In this document: piece after piece, positions 35,583 to 47,562 of the stretch
Position numbering within the stretch: position 1 is the first letter of the stretch
Layout of the letters: each line of letters starts with the position of its first letter
The notes under the pieces: generated by a model
Databases searched by the model: none
What the model was told of the DNA's origin: nothing
The model's input: the letters and a program-made list of their open reading frames with translations, nothing else
DNA from: Phoronis australis
Lineage: Eukaryota; Animalia; Phoronida
DNA length: 64,000 nt
Reading direction: 5' to 3'
NCBI GenBank assembly: GCA_002633005.1
Contig: NMRA01000161.1
Span: 692,803 to 756,802, forward strand
Made by a program: the position numbers and the translations under genes

Positions 35583-37594
35583 ATTCCCATGTATTTCTAA
35601 ATCCTGGAAACTGCAAGAATCTTTTTTCATGAATTGTTTCCACAAATCTGTTGTGTTCTGATGCCATTTTGGGCTTGGGAGGGGGCAACTACTCTGCATA
35701 GTGGCTTTTTGAAGACGGTTGTAAATCATACGTGCCGTTCACTCACAGCTTAGCAAAAGGTTCATGGTCCAAGCTGAAAAGATAAATTCTTCATTACCCC
35801 CTATTTATTCTGAATAGCCCAGACTGCAATCAAAATCCCAATTGGTTATGTTACATTTGTAAACATACAATGAGACAGGCCAAGAACTGATAACATCTGT
35901 GATAATAAATAAACACAAATGGCAGAGACAGAGAGAGAGAGAGAGACAAATGACACACATGGGACAGCAGTTATCTGGCTGCTGAGAAAGACACCAGGGA
36001 ATTTAATGAGTAAACAAATCTGACCAAATCACTAGTTTGTGTCCTGCTGAAAAAAATCGTGGGATTATTTCATCCAATTTTAACATGGGAACGGCGGCAT
36101 GTCACCTACTGGCTGCACACAAAACTTCACCTTGTTACAAAAGCAACCTGGTGTACAGTCATATTGCAGTGGCATTTTTATTTACACCTGAAATAATTGC
36201 ATACCCAGTGTCTTAAAAAGTCGCATTCATCACCATCTTGAAAAAAACTTTGTTTGGATTTGTGGATGATTTTAGTATTGTGGACTGAACGCAGCTCATA
36301 GCGAGTTACAGGCAGACTCACAGACGAATCAGACAGACAGTGAGAGTGTGAACATTTTGGATAAGGCACATGGATGAAACAATTCTTTTATCATATCAAT
36401 CCGACAATGAAAATGATGAATACATTTATGATATGAGGAACATTGGCTGGGTTGCAGACAGCCGCTACCAGCTGACTCCATTGTTCTATACTAAAGCTAA
36501 TTATACCAGTAATAGACCACATGACAGAATACCATAGTTTTAAAATTTTATAACTATCTACAGTTAATTAATTATTGTAAAACAATTCCCTAAATAAAAA
36601 GAGGCAATAAACCCACTTGACCCATGAAAAAACAAATGTTGATTTAGGCCACTCTCTGTTAATAAGTCTAGATCATCTTGTTGCCTACTCAGATCAGAAA
36701 TGATTTCAAGGCTTTAGAAGAACTGACAGGTAGTTATTGCCCGAGACCAAGCCCAAGGGCCAAAGTTTCAGTAAATAACGAAGGCAAAATGGCTAGCAGT
36801 ACAATTCCAGGAAATTTGTAGTAACCAATTTCAATTCAAAAAAAGATAAGAACTCGCTACAAAAGCCTCTCATTTTTCACTTTGATGACGATTTCCAAAT
36901 TGAGGTGCAAAAGTCATATTGTTAGGTGTTCCTGCAATCTTTTTTGGCACCAGGACTCAAGTTTTAAAATTAAATGCAACTATTTTCATCAATGGGTACC
37001 AGAGACGTGAAAAATGGCAACCCATGCCTATTTTTGAACATATATATTTTAGGTAAAAATCATCCTAACCTAACTTTTTATGAAGAATTCAAGTTCATCA
37101 ATGCTAATGCTGTAATGACTAAACTCCACAAAAAGAACCTCAGATCTGATGAGTGTTCCTGGTGATCAGGCCTCTGTTCTTGTACTAAAACACACAATGC
37201 TGTGATACAGCAGAGCTTCTAATGCTGATGACCAATGCTTTTGAAGACCGGATATGCTTGTAAAGACTATTTTTAACACCTAAGTCCGAAACTTGATTCC
37301 AAAACAGACCAATTGCATGTCACGCTTGGAATAAACTAGCTTACAAAGTTGTACTCAAAATCATCATGCGTGACTTGTTGAATTCTAAGTCCCAGTAAGA
37401 AATCACATTACACTCATGGTGTGAGCTTATCAGTCTGCAAGTTTGGGTACCTTTACAACGGACGGACATATTACGGATACGCAGTTTCTTGGATAATATG
37501 TTCATGTTTAAGCTTCCCATTTGATTTTGAGCAGTGATAAGCACCGAGTAGAATGTTCCTCAGCACTCAGTTAGTCCAACTTCAGCATTTTTAC

Positions 37595-37658
37595 CATTTA
37601 ATTAACAAACTAGACACCAGCAACTTAATTGACCTATCCCCATGAAGTGAGTTCAATG
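37595..37658 (-). CDS. Candidate gene B exon (LNSLHGDRSIKLLVSSLLIK)
   Basis: Strong pyrimidine tract ttttctgcattttgctccAG, GTAAAA donor; not linked to both neighbours. Confidence 0.45.
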
Positions 37659-37738
37659 CTGGAGCAAAATGCAGAAAACAGAATAACATTGCTTTGGAAG
37701 AGGAATGTGCATATGGTGAAAGGATGACTTTAACGACA

Positions 37739-39139
37739 CAGGTGAGAAACAACATGACCACCGGTCCTCTAAATCGGACGGATTCACCCAAAACAGGACC
37801 TACAAGGATCAAATGGGACTGCTGCACCAGAAAATGGGTCTGACGCACCTAAAAACGTGACCGCCCCACCACAAAACAGGACCGCCGGGGACTGAACATG
37901 ACCGCCGGGGATTGAAACCGCAATGACAAACTTAACTAAGATGTATTACCAGTAGGCCTACACAGATCATACAATGGAGCTATATACGTATGCATATGCA
38001 GGTCTTGCGCCAATTAATCCGACGAAATTATTTGTGCACTACAGGGCACTTCGCTTTGTAACACGGGGCACTTTTGAGTTTTGCTTCACCCGGCTCTGCT
38101 GCGGTACGTGACTTATAAACAGTTGAAAGGTCAACATTTTTTTTTCAATACATTTATTTACCCAAAAAGCATATCATTAATGAATAGTAGATACGGCTGG
38201 GGTTGGGTAGCCCCAACTACATATCTTTACAATTTACTGGAGTATGATACACTATACATCATATTAATTGAACAAATAAGTATTTGGAAAATACTCCAAA
38301 TGATTGGGCGAATAATTAGCCGAGAATAATATAAAAAGGGGGGAGAACAGGAAGGACTTTCATACACTCATTCACACTCACATTCACACAGTTTAATTAA
38401 CTTATGTTTACATTTACATAGGTGCATATTTGTGAAAATTGCGTAAATGGCACAACAAATTATCGAAACTGGTTTCATTTCGTTATAAGTTTTTAGTATT
38501 TTAATACCAGCAAACCAATTTCAGAATAAATCGTGCTGCTGCGAAGTTGTGTCATCATCTTCTGAAAGATGTCGTACAATTTTAGGAAATGGCGCGTGCT
38601 CATGTCACAAGCAAGCGTGACAGACTTTTTGTTACAATAGGCAAACAAATGACGTTCATTAGATTGTTTGTTTTTCACTCAAGCGACTGCAACCTGCAAG
38701 GTGAGTGTCGATTGACTCCTGGATTTTGCATGCGCCTACTCCGGTCGCTAGGCTCTACATCTTGATATAAGTTTCACGACGAGGTGACGAGCAGAACTAC
38801 ACCCGGGCTGTGGAAATTTCGGGGATGTAATGGAGATCAATAACGCAGTGCTGGAAAGCTTTATTTTGGTGATAGTCTTTACACAGCTTGCTGACTGCTT
38901 ACGTCATAACCCGCAGTATTACAAAGGCCTTGATAACTACATTTTGTCCGGCGGTCATGTTCAATCCCCAGCGGTCCTGTTTTGTGGTGCGGCGGTCATG
39001 TTTTTATGTGCGTCAGTCCCATTTTCTGTTGCGGCGGTCCCATCTTCTGGTGCGGCGGTCCCATGATCCCTAGGCCCTGTTTTGCCGTGGGTGAGTCAGT
39101 CCGATTTAGAGGACTGCCGGTATGTTGTTTCTCACCCTG
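37739..39139. mobile_element. 1.4-kb non-autonomous DNA transposon with TIRs of about 180 bp
   Basis: ggtgagaaacaacat...gaccgcc repeats mirrored by ggcggtc...atgttgtttctcacc; no clear TSD. Confidence 0.8.
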
Positions 39140-41251
39140 AATGCTAGAGCACCAGGACTGATAGTGATTTAAAATGAACATTTTTGACATCAAATAAACA
39201 CCAGTGAACACCATGAAGCAGCACGTTACAGTAACAATTGTTCAGATGTTTGCGACATCAAAATTCAAGCTGAAATTGAATTATCTCGATTCTGAAGATT
39301 GAGACATGGGTGATTTTGCCATTCATGATACTTCTCAAATGCTGGACACTGTCTGTGCTTTATATCGACAAGGTTTGAAAATAGATTCGGCAGTTCATAA
39401 AATCGCTAAGAACAGACGGTGATGCATAGATGATTTAATGCTTCCCATATTATACAACATTGAGATGAATAATCATTTGGCAATGATTGTGATTTTTGTG
39501 CTAATTCTCTGACCTTTAGCTAAGTCAATAATTTTTCTCTGTCCCAAACTGTATTTTTACTATTAACCACTTAATTAACTTCATATTAAATTATCAAAAC
39601 TATTAGTTTACTGCAACTAAATGTTCATGGCAAATTTAATATGTTTCATACTTAACCTTCATGTTGTAATTTTCGGAAGGATCATGCGACTTATGTGTTA
39701 TTGTTGCCAAACAGTATGACATATTCTCTACCCTTGCTGAAATGCATACAATTTTTCAACATTTTTCTCAAAGCTTAAGTGATGGTGAAAACCCAACGAC
39801 AAACTTTTATTATTTAATAGCTTTCATTCAAACAAGTTTCTGGGACACAATAATTAACTGCTTTATTTTATATTGTAAACAAACTTAATTGGGTGTTTAA
39901 AGGCTTCACTATGATGTCAGAAATTGCTGAAGTTTGTAATTTATTCTTAAGTTCAGACAGCATTAAAGTTATTATTAAACTCTGATTAAACTTTAATTTC
40001 CACTTCGCGCCGGAAATTTGTCAGCTGTCTACATTCACAAGAAGCCAACAATCCGTGTTTGCAGGTAACACAGCATGCTTGCGTACCATAGTCTTGAAAA
40101 GTGTGTTTTTAGCCAGCATTTGTGGAATAACTCAAGCGCTGCAACTATAACCTTTTCTTAAACTTATTAACTGGTCTGTTGTTCAATTAATATAGGCCAA
40201 CTCTGTAGATTTTTATAGAACTGGCACTTATCTAGTACGGGATTGGTCATCGTTCACTTATGATCTCCATCGGACTGGGAAGCCATTCATGCATACAACT
40301 TGCACGCACGGAGCACGGCATTTCGCTAGATTAATCTCCCAGATCAACCCAGATTTGAATTGAGCAATTAATCACACCTCGCCTTATTGCAATTGCACAC
40401 AGAGAGCACGTGCTAGATTTATATTCAGGGTCTACCCAGATTTGACTTGAGCAACACACACACACCCTCTCGTTGCAATTAATAAGTTTAGGTTGGGCCA
40501 CAAACGAATTGTCCGTGTTTTTAACGAGGAAGCAAAATGTAGTCGCGTTCACTGATCTGAAGAAGTTAATTTGCTGATATGGTTAGTGGACTACTATTTG
40601 AGTTGCATAAAGTTCCATAGTACGACATTTTGCAGCAAGATAAAATATTTGAAAACATCTGAGTTTTTAGCAATGGTCTTGTAAAGTCACCTGTTCAAAG
40701 TCGAAATCATGTTTCTGTTTGAGCTGTGATTCACCGAACTTATAAGTTCCGTGCTCAAATGAACACCCCGCGCCCTAATGCGCAGCTCAGCTAAAATTTG
40801 GACGGAAGCAGCCACTGCTTGGGTGATCGCCCTGACCCGACCAGGTTTTGCCAATTTTCAGTTATAGTGCCCACTGCTTGGGTAATTGTTCACCCGTCTC
40901 GGGATTTCCCAATTTAAGTGGCTAGGGCGTTAACTCGCGAGTTTACGGTAGTTTCAGTTATCAGTGTCACCATGATTTAGATTCGCTAGAATGGCTTGCA
41001 TGTACAGCTTTAATGTTTACATAAAACAATTCCCAATTTTAGCAGAGCGATTTTACTGGAAATTGACAGTGACATTAAACAGGCAAAAAACTATAGAAAA
41101 AGTAACTGTGATTTCAACCTCATCAGAATGATTTGTCACATTTCATCATTACAGTTCAGTTGCAAAACTGTGCGATCAGTAAACCAACTTCAATAAAGAG
41201 AAGAGAGCGAATTGCTCAACTTGCCATTTTTTCCACATTTCAGTGACTTAC

Positions 41252-41279
41252 TACTGCTACACAAATGCTCAAAAGTGTG
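41252..41279 (-). CDS. Candidate gene B micro-exon (TLLSICVAV)
   Basis: ttgtttctggcAG / GTAAGT; phase-2 start fits the 41950 exon. Confidence 0.4.
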
Positions 41280-41949
41280 CTGCCAGAAACAAGTACAGTA
41301 CACAGAAAGCAAAAAGTGCAAATAATAAAAATGAAATTTTTTCATGACCATTTGTAGTGTACTGTGTTCCAAACCCAGGAATTTAGTGATAATTGCACAT
41401 GTTAAGACATGACAGAGGCATTGCTATCCTCACTAACTGCTGTTGCTGTTCCCATATCAAATTTGTCTTCGATCCCAGTATTTATTTTAAGGCAAATCAT
41501 GTCACTGGGACGCAAATTTCACAGGATTAATTTGAGATGAGGAATAATTTATTCGTGACTTGGTTGTTTACTCAATTCAATTCCCGTAGCAGCACTGCAG
41601 CCTGTGTTGTAATCAAAGCAGCATTTTGCCCTGTATAGTGTAAAAATGCTCTAGTAAGGGCCAATGAGAAATTTAACTATTTTGCTCAAGGTCAATTTCT
41701 TGTACTAAATTCTAAAAATAAGTTATAGCGGTCATCCCAAATTCAAGAATTATGAGTTGTGAATGATCATTCTCCTCCAGAAATGTTCAGAACTTTTAAT
41801 TTCTCTACTTACTGACTCACACCAATTAAGAGTTGCTTCAACATGGTAATGTTCTTAAAGTTGAAATTCTTCTGTTAAAAACTTGAAATATGGTTCAAGT
41901 GAAACCTATAAGAGGATAAATGCTGCTTCACTAGTCTTATCAGACTCAC

Positions 41950-42055
41950 AGATATATGTCTGACAAATCCATTTCAAAGCTTGACCAAAAGGGGCTACAA
42001 AAGTTGCTAGGATTCTTGATTGCATGGCAACACAGCAGATCAGTGGAAGGAGTAT
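41950..42055 (-). CDS. Candidate gene B exon (TPSTDLLCCHAIKNPSNFCSPFWSSFEMDLSDIYL)
   Basis: ctttttacAG / GTGAGT; open in phase 1 to 2. Confidence 0.55.
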
Positions 42056-43697
42056 CTGTAAAAAGATTCTTCCAAAATTTCTAGGATTCACATGGCAATG
42101 TTGCTACATTCTGGAATGAAACCACGTGTGCTCATAAACAGTTATTTGCTGGAGCACATTAAGTTTAGTTGGCCAAGGTTGCGATTAAAGCTCATCAATT
42201 TAGGTCACAATTATTACGGACAAGTGATATTTTATTTTCTCGTTTTTTCGTAAAAGTTATGTAAAATCAATGCCTTAGCACGTTCAAGTTCTGTAGCTAT
42301 CGTCAGAAAATATTGTGAAAAAGTGTGGGCGTTCCTGCGCATTAGAAGAACTTGAAAATTCTAAATTGGTGAGATTTTACCCTAGCAGTTTATATTTCCA
42401 TGGTCTATTCTACTGTTTTGCTAACCAAAGTCCCAAGTTCATTAATGGCAGTGGTTCAAAATTTGTCACTATTCATAATACAAGAAATGCATCCATCTCA
42501 TTTTATAATAGTGTCTATCGTTCAAATTGGTTTAAGATGTCTCATTGAAAAGGTGATTGCAACTTCATGATGACACGCAATATCTAAGTTATCTGTCCAA
42601 CTGAAAACCCATTCCAAGGTCAAGACCAGCAATTAAGAAACACAGATAGATTAGAAGAAATAACCTTACTAAATTTCAGTTTCAACCCACAAGCATTTTT
42701 CTTGCAACAGGTTTTCAATTGTAAAGAATTCTTGCTAATGAACACATAAGCTTGATACAAATACAATCCAGGAATAGCTAGTATGCCTGGAATTTTTCAT
42801 GGCTGGGAGATAGCAAAAACAGATTTGAGGTTTAAAAGGACTCATAAAGCCATAAATAAAAAAATGTCATGTACAGAAATCATTTCAAGATTGTACTTTT
42901 TTCACTTATTCGCAAGAGATGGAATGATTTCAATTCATAAAAAAGGTTAGTCAATAATATGAGCAACATATTTTGCCACGGTGAAATAAGATGGGTTCAC
43001 GAGTAATGGGGATTCAAGCAAATTTTCTTGGAGACCTGTTGTGTTAAACAAAATGTTAATAATGGCTGCAACCAGCCAAGGCATGTGATTGTTGCATGAT
43101 GACCATTTTTGACTTGAAGACCAAATAGATACTTTGCCAGTTGACACGACAAAACCAGCGAAGTCAATTGACAAAGTGCAGCCAATGTCTCGAGCAATTT
43201 AAACAAGTAAAACCTCTCCAATTTCTGACAAAAATAACAAAATTTGGCCTTTTTTAATTTTTCATTGGACCTACCTTTGTTGTGAATGCTCTAACAGCTC
43301 CAGTTAACATCGCAGTTAACCGGTGGATTTAATAGCGCAGCGTATGAACACTCAACTTCGGTCCAATCGAAGTTATCGCCAGGTGCCACTGTTATCGTCA
43401 ACAGTTACAAGGTAGTATCGTCACTAATATCGGCTTATATTTAGCTCTAATAACAACTATCGATTTAAAAATAAGTTTCATGTCATTTAGCACATGTAAA
43501 GGTTCTCAAATTGTCTCATTGAAAAAAATCTTAGCATGCAGCGCTACCTTTTCGATAACTTCGATGACGTCAACGTCACCAACCCTTTACTTCGATGGTC
43601 ATTAACTACCGAAGCCAGTATGAATGGTCCAGTTAACTGCGCTGTTTACGTCGACGCTCCGCTCAGACCGGAGTTAAGTCAATATGAAAGGGTCTTC

Positions 43698-44156
43698 TAG
43701 TGCCGTCCACACAGACTATCCTGGAACAAACTACCCCGGAACAAGTTACACCTGGAATCAGTTGTCGCTAGGTTTGAGTGCTGTCTGGACACTATTTAAA
43801 CCGTAGTGCAGCCTACCTCACTTGTGACAACTTACTCCACACTATCGGGGTGGGGTAAATTGTTCTGGGGTAACTCGCGCCTCTTGTAATCGCTGTGCAG
43901 TGGCCGCAAAAGTGGGGTATATGGGCAGAAGTAGTAATTAACTGTGGTTACTTAGTCACAGACGGATTTTCATTTGCACGCTGTGTGGACGCTCCGCTTA
44001 AAAGTGCAGTAAGTTGCACTAGTTCAAGTTGTTTTCGGCCAGGCTGCGTGTGGAGGGACTTTATAAAACAAAATTTCACTTGTCCATCACATTGTGTCCT
44101 AAATTGGTTAGATTTTACCCTACTAGGCAACTGTAATGTATGGACAACAGTACTGT
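43698..44156. mobile_element. Harbinger/PIF-like MITE
   Basis: tagtgccgtccacacag ... tgtatggacaacagta imperfect TIRs; internal tccacac/gtgtgga repeats. Confidence 0.55.
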
Positions 44157-45589
44157 AGAGTATGCAATGTTATGTTATGTGAATTGACCATTACTGACTG
44201 CTGATTTTTCTGTCATGAAGGTATTTAGTTTTTCTAACTGTCATGAGCTTGAGACTCTTGGTGTACAATCTGACCTGAAGTGAGGTTGGATTGCTGTCAT
44301 CTAGTGAGAATGTCTATTTGAGCCTCTAGCAACTTAACCAAATCAGGTTATACAATGACACTTAGATGAAAAGAAATCAGTATTCTTGTTTGTATACACA
44401 CTCTTTCATATATTACTCTTTGTTTCGTATTATACATTTGTATCTGATTAAATTAAAATTTCTCACTCAAAACCAGCTGTCAAGAATATTTAGAACGTCG
44501 TCCCGTCTAACACAAAATGTTTCAAAGAACTAATGAGTAAACCACATTTTGTTGCCATGAATTACCTTTCGATTAAGTTTCATTTGCCCAACAAATCTGA
44601 CCTACCCAGTTACCCCCAGTAACTCTATTTCTGGACAATTGTCCGTTATTTTGAGACGTTTAATCTACATGCAATCTGTCTTGTACCAGTTTCTTTTACT
44701 AGAACCACTTCTTTCGGCTAACGAGACAACTAAATGTACCCCTGTAGTGTTCAGAGAAACAAGGTGGAGACGGCATCGAGATCTCATTTGTGTGGGTGCG
44801 GGTGTGTCCTATATTCCATTTTCTATAGATTTACGATGTGTGCCGAGGGTGTGTCACTTGAGACCGTAGGGTGTCGTCCATTGGGTGTCGTCACTAGTCC
44901 AACCAGTGATTAGATTAGCTGGCAAGCTTTAAAATCCAAATGACATCAAAGTCTCTGTCCTTCAGTATTTGTCCACTGTCAGTGACATTGGCTTTATAAC
45001 TGAAGTGCACCTTCAAAGATAAATTTAAACTTAGACAATTAGTTGTGCTTTCTTACGTTTGCACTATTGTATTTTTGCCAACACTTCTAAATTAACATCT
45101 ACCTTTAATAATTTTCAAAGAAATCTAGTTGCTGGCAATTTCAGAACATTTGATAGAAGGGAAATACTGCTAACGGAATTCTACATAGTAAAATTTTATT
45201 ATATGGGTACTGCCATTACCAACTTCGATATCATTTCAAATTACATGTTGAAAAAAGCCAAGTAACTACTTTACAACAGTAGTCAGTCATTTCACAACAA
45301 AATAATATTGTCACAGGCGGCATTTTCAAAATGGCTACTTTATTTGCTTCAAATGATACAAACTATACCTAGCAATTTGTTTTCCAACAAAACACTATAT
45401 CTCTGCTCATATGAAAGTCAATATTTCTTAATCTTTACTTTTGCACAGAAATTTAACCAAAATAAAATTCAATTGGCCGCATTATTGTGAGCTAAACAAG
45501 TGTGCAGTTAGCAGATTAATGATAGCTCAGATTCAATAGAACGCTTATAAAGTAGCAATTGAATTATTATTACTTAAGTGTGTACTCAC

Positions 45590-45664
45590 TTTCAGTTGCC
45601 TGTCAGTACTGTGCCACAATGAAGTTGCTTCTTTACTCCGCGTGTCGAAAACAATTAGTGCAAG
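45590..45664 (-). CDS. Candidate gene B exon (LALIVFDTRSKEATSLWHSTDRQLK)
   Basis: cttctttgtatcaaAG / GTGAGT; 75 nt, phase 0. Confidence 0.5.
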
Positions 45665-45796
45665 CTTTGATACAAAGAAGCAAAATAGTGTTCAAACTCA
45701 GCCCTGCTCAAAGATCTTAACTTAATTTGGAGAAGGTATCAATTGACCTTTCGACAGGATTTTTGCGAGACGGATTAACTGACCAATCAGACACAC

Positions 45797-45849
45797 CTTC
45801 ATTTCCAAGCCGCCATTGTACCCGACAAACAACACTTTGTTGGATAAAA
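45797..45849 (-). CDS. Candidate gene B exon (VLSNKVLFVGYNGGLEMK)
   Basis: Bridges phase 1 to 0 between the 46486 and 45664 exons; AAG|GTGTGT donor; weak acceptor. Confidence 0.35.
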
Positions 45850-46485
45850 CTTATTGTTTGTTTGTCAACTTTTCATTAGGGGGCAGAGCTAGCGACAGGT
45901 CAATGGACATAAACAGCCAAAATATACACTATTGGAATTGTTGTTGGATCAGATTATGTAACCTTCTTGAAGTTATTCTAAGCTTTGACCAGAGCTGAAA
46001 CAGCAAAAACTGTGGTATTTTTGTGATTTAATTACAAATCACCAGCCCTTGCCATTGCCTGCTAGTCATTTGTTAAAATCCAGCTACATGACTTTATCAG
46101 GCTAACATGCTCAATATATTCCATTATCAAGTGTGCCGTAGCTCCACCAGCAAAGCATCTGAGTGTGACCGGTGAGGTGCAAGTTTGAATGTGTCTCAAA
46201 AACCGCATTTCACACTGAAGTGTCATTTTAAGCAGATCGTATTCAGTGGAAGATAAAATTCAAGTTTGCTCATTTCTCTTAATAAAGCATGTTCATCAAC
46301 AACTTTTGTTCAAACAATTAAACAGGAGGGCTGGCAGGTGGACATGAGTTTCAAAACAGAAACCAAATGCCTAAATTAATTTACTGTTTTCTTCAGGAAG
46401 CTACATTGTCCAGTTCATTGACACTGTGGCAAATACCCACAGGCGTGTGAAATAGTGTTCTTAACCTTTGAATTCGACCACTTAC

Positions 46486-46616
46486 CCCTATAAAACTTGC
46501 CTTGACACCACGTTCCCTTACTCAGCTGAGAAGTCTGGACTCTCAGTTTGACATTATCGCAATTGACAAGCCACGTTATTAATTCTGTCATGTCTTTCCA
46601 AGCCAAGAAACCATCT
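46486..46616 (-). CDS. Candidate gene B exon (DGFLAWKDMTELITWLVNCDNVKLRVQTSQLSKGTWCQGKFYR)
   Basis: ctcacactAG / GTAAGT; 131 nt open. Confidence 0.6.
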
Positions 46617-47502
46617 CTAGTGTGAGTATAAGGTACAAGTCAAAGACCAGTTTTGCACATTAGAAGCAAGCGGCTTCATTCGATTTGCACATGAGTGAAC
46701 AGTGGGTTGCCTTAAAAAAAGACCTTTAGAATCGGTTCTAACCCAATGGACTTTCAAAACAGCAGTGTTTACAACTACACATCTTACAGTATGTGATGTG
46801 TAAAGACAGTAAACTGAAGTACATTTTGATGAGCAAAAATGCACTTCAAACTTCCTGAAACAACCATTTGTGGTTATTGTAGAACATTCCATCCAGAATA
46901 AACAAACCATCATAGTCCTATCACAACCCTCCTGGATAGATGAAACTGTTGAGGAGATAAGTTTGATTGGAAAATAAACACAAGAGGTGATAGTATAGCC
47001 AAGAGATCAATGTATGGAGGGTACTGACTTCATGTCTGTGGCTATGACTAATTTGTTTGCGAAGTGTAAAATTCTTGATAAAAATGAAGAATAAGTAAAT
47101 ATCGAATGGACACAGATCTGTTCTAGTGTGCCCACTCCTCTGCAGGTTGAAAACCGCCTAATCTGTGAGCAAATGCTGGGAGATGTGGGGTTATCTCAAG
47201 GCCGACACATTCACAGGGGAATAAATTTTTTGTAGACAGGATACTTCAAAAATGTGATCGGCTGGATATAAATCATATGCCTTGGGCTCATTCACGGCCT
47301 GGGTAAATTCATTACGCTCCAGGGGGTGTAAGGTTGTGATATCAACAGCTAAAGAACTGCAACACTCGTTAGGGCTCAATGATGTTCCCACACAAATTAA
47401 TTTTAGACACTGATGCACCAAACTGCTATGTCTTAAGACATAGATCTACATGCTCTTGCGAAAGAACAACAGGAAGTTGGCAACTGTCCTCCCAGCATGC
47501 AC

Positions 47503-47562
47503 CTAGCCATATCTTGGTCTGCTCTACAGTGAGGTTCTTTGAAATAGCATTTTGAGTGGGCA
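47503..47562 (-). CDS. Candidate gene B exon (PTQNAISKNLTVEQTKIWL); 3' end uncertain
   Basis: Good acceptor cttatctcatccccgtcAG; weak donor GTGCAT. Confidence 0.3.

Noticed and set aside
36204-36316. Minus-strand segment LPVTRYELRSVHNTKIIHKSKQSFFQDGDECDFLRHW as a gene B exon
   Set aside because: It has a plausible donor and RNB-like position, but the only phase-compatible acceptor is an unusual GAG; unresolved.
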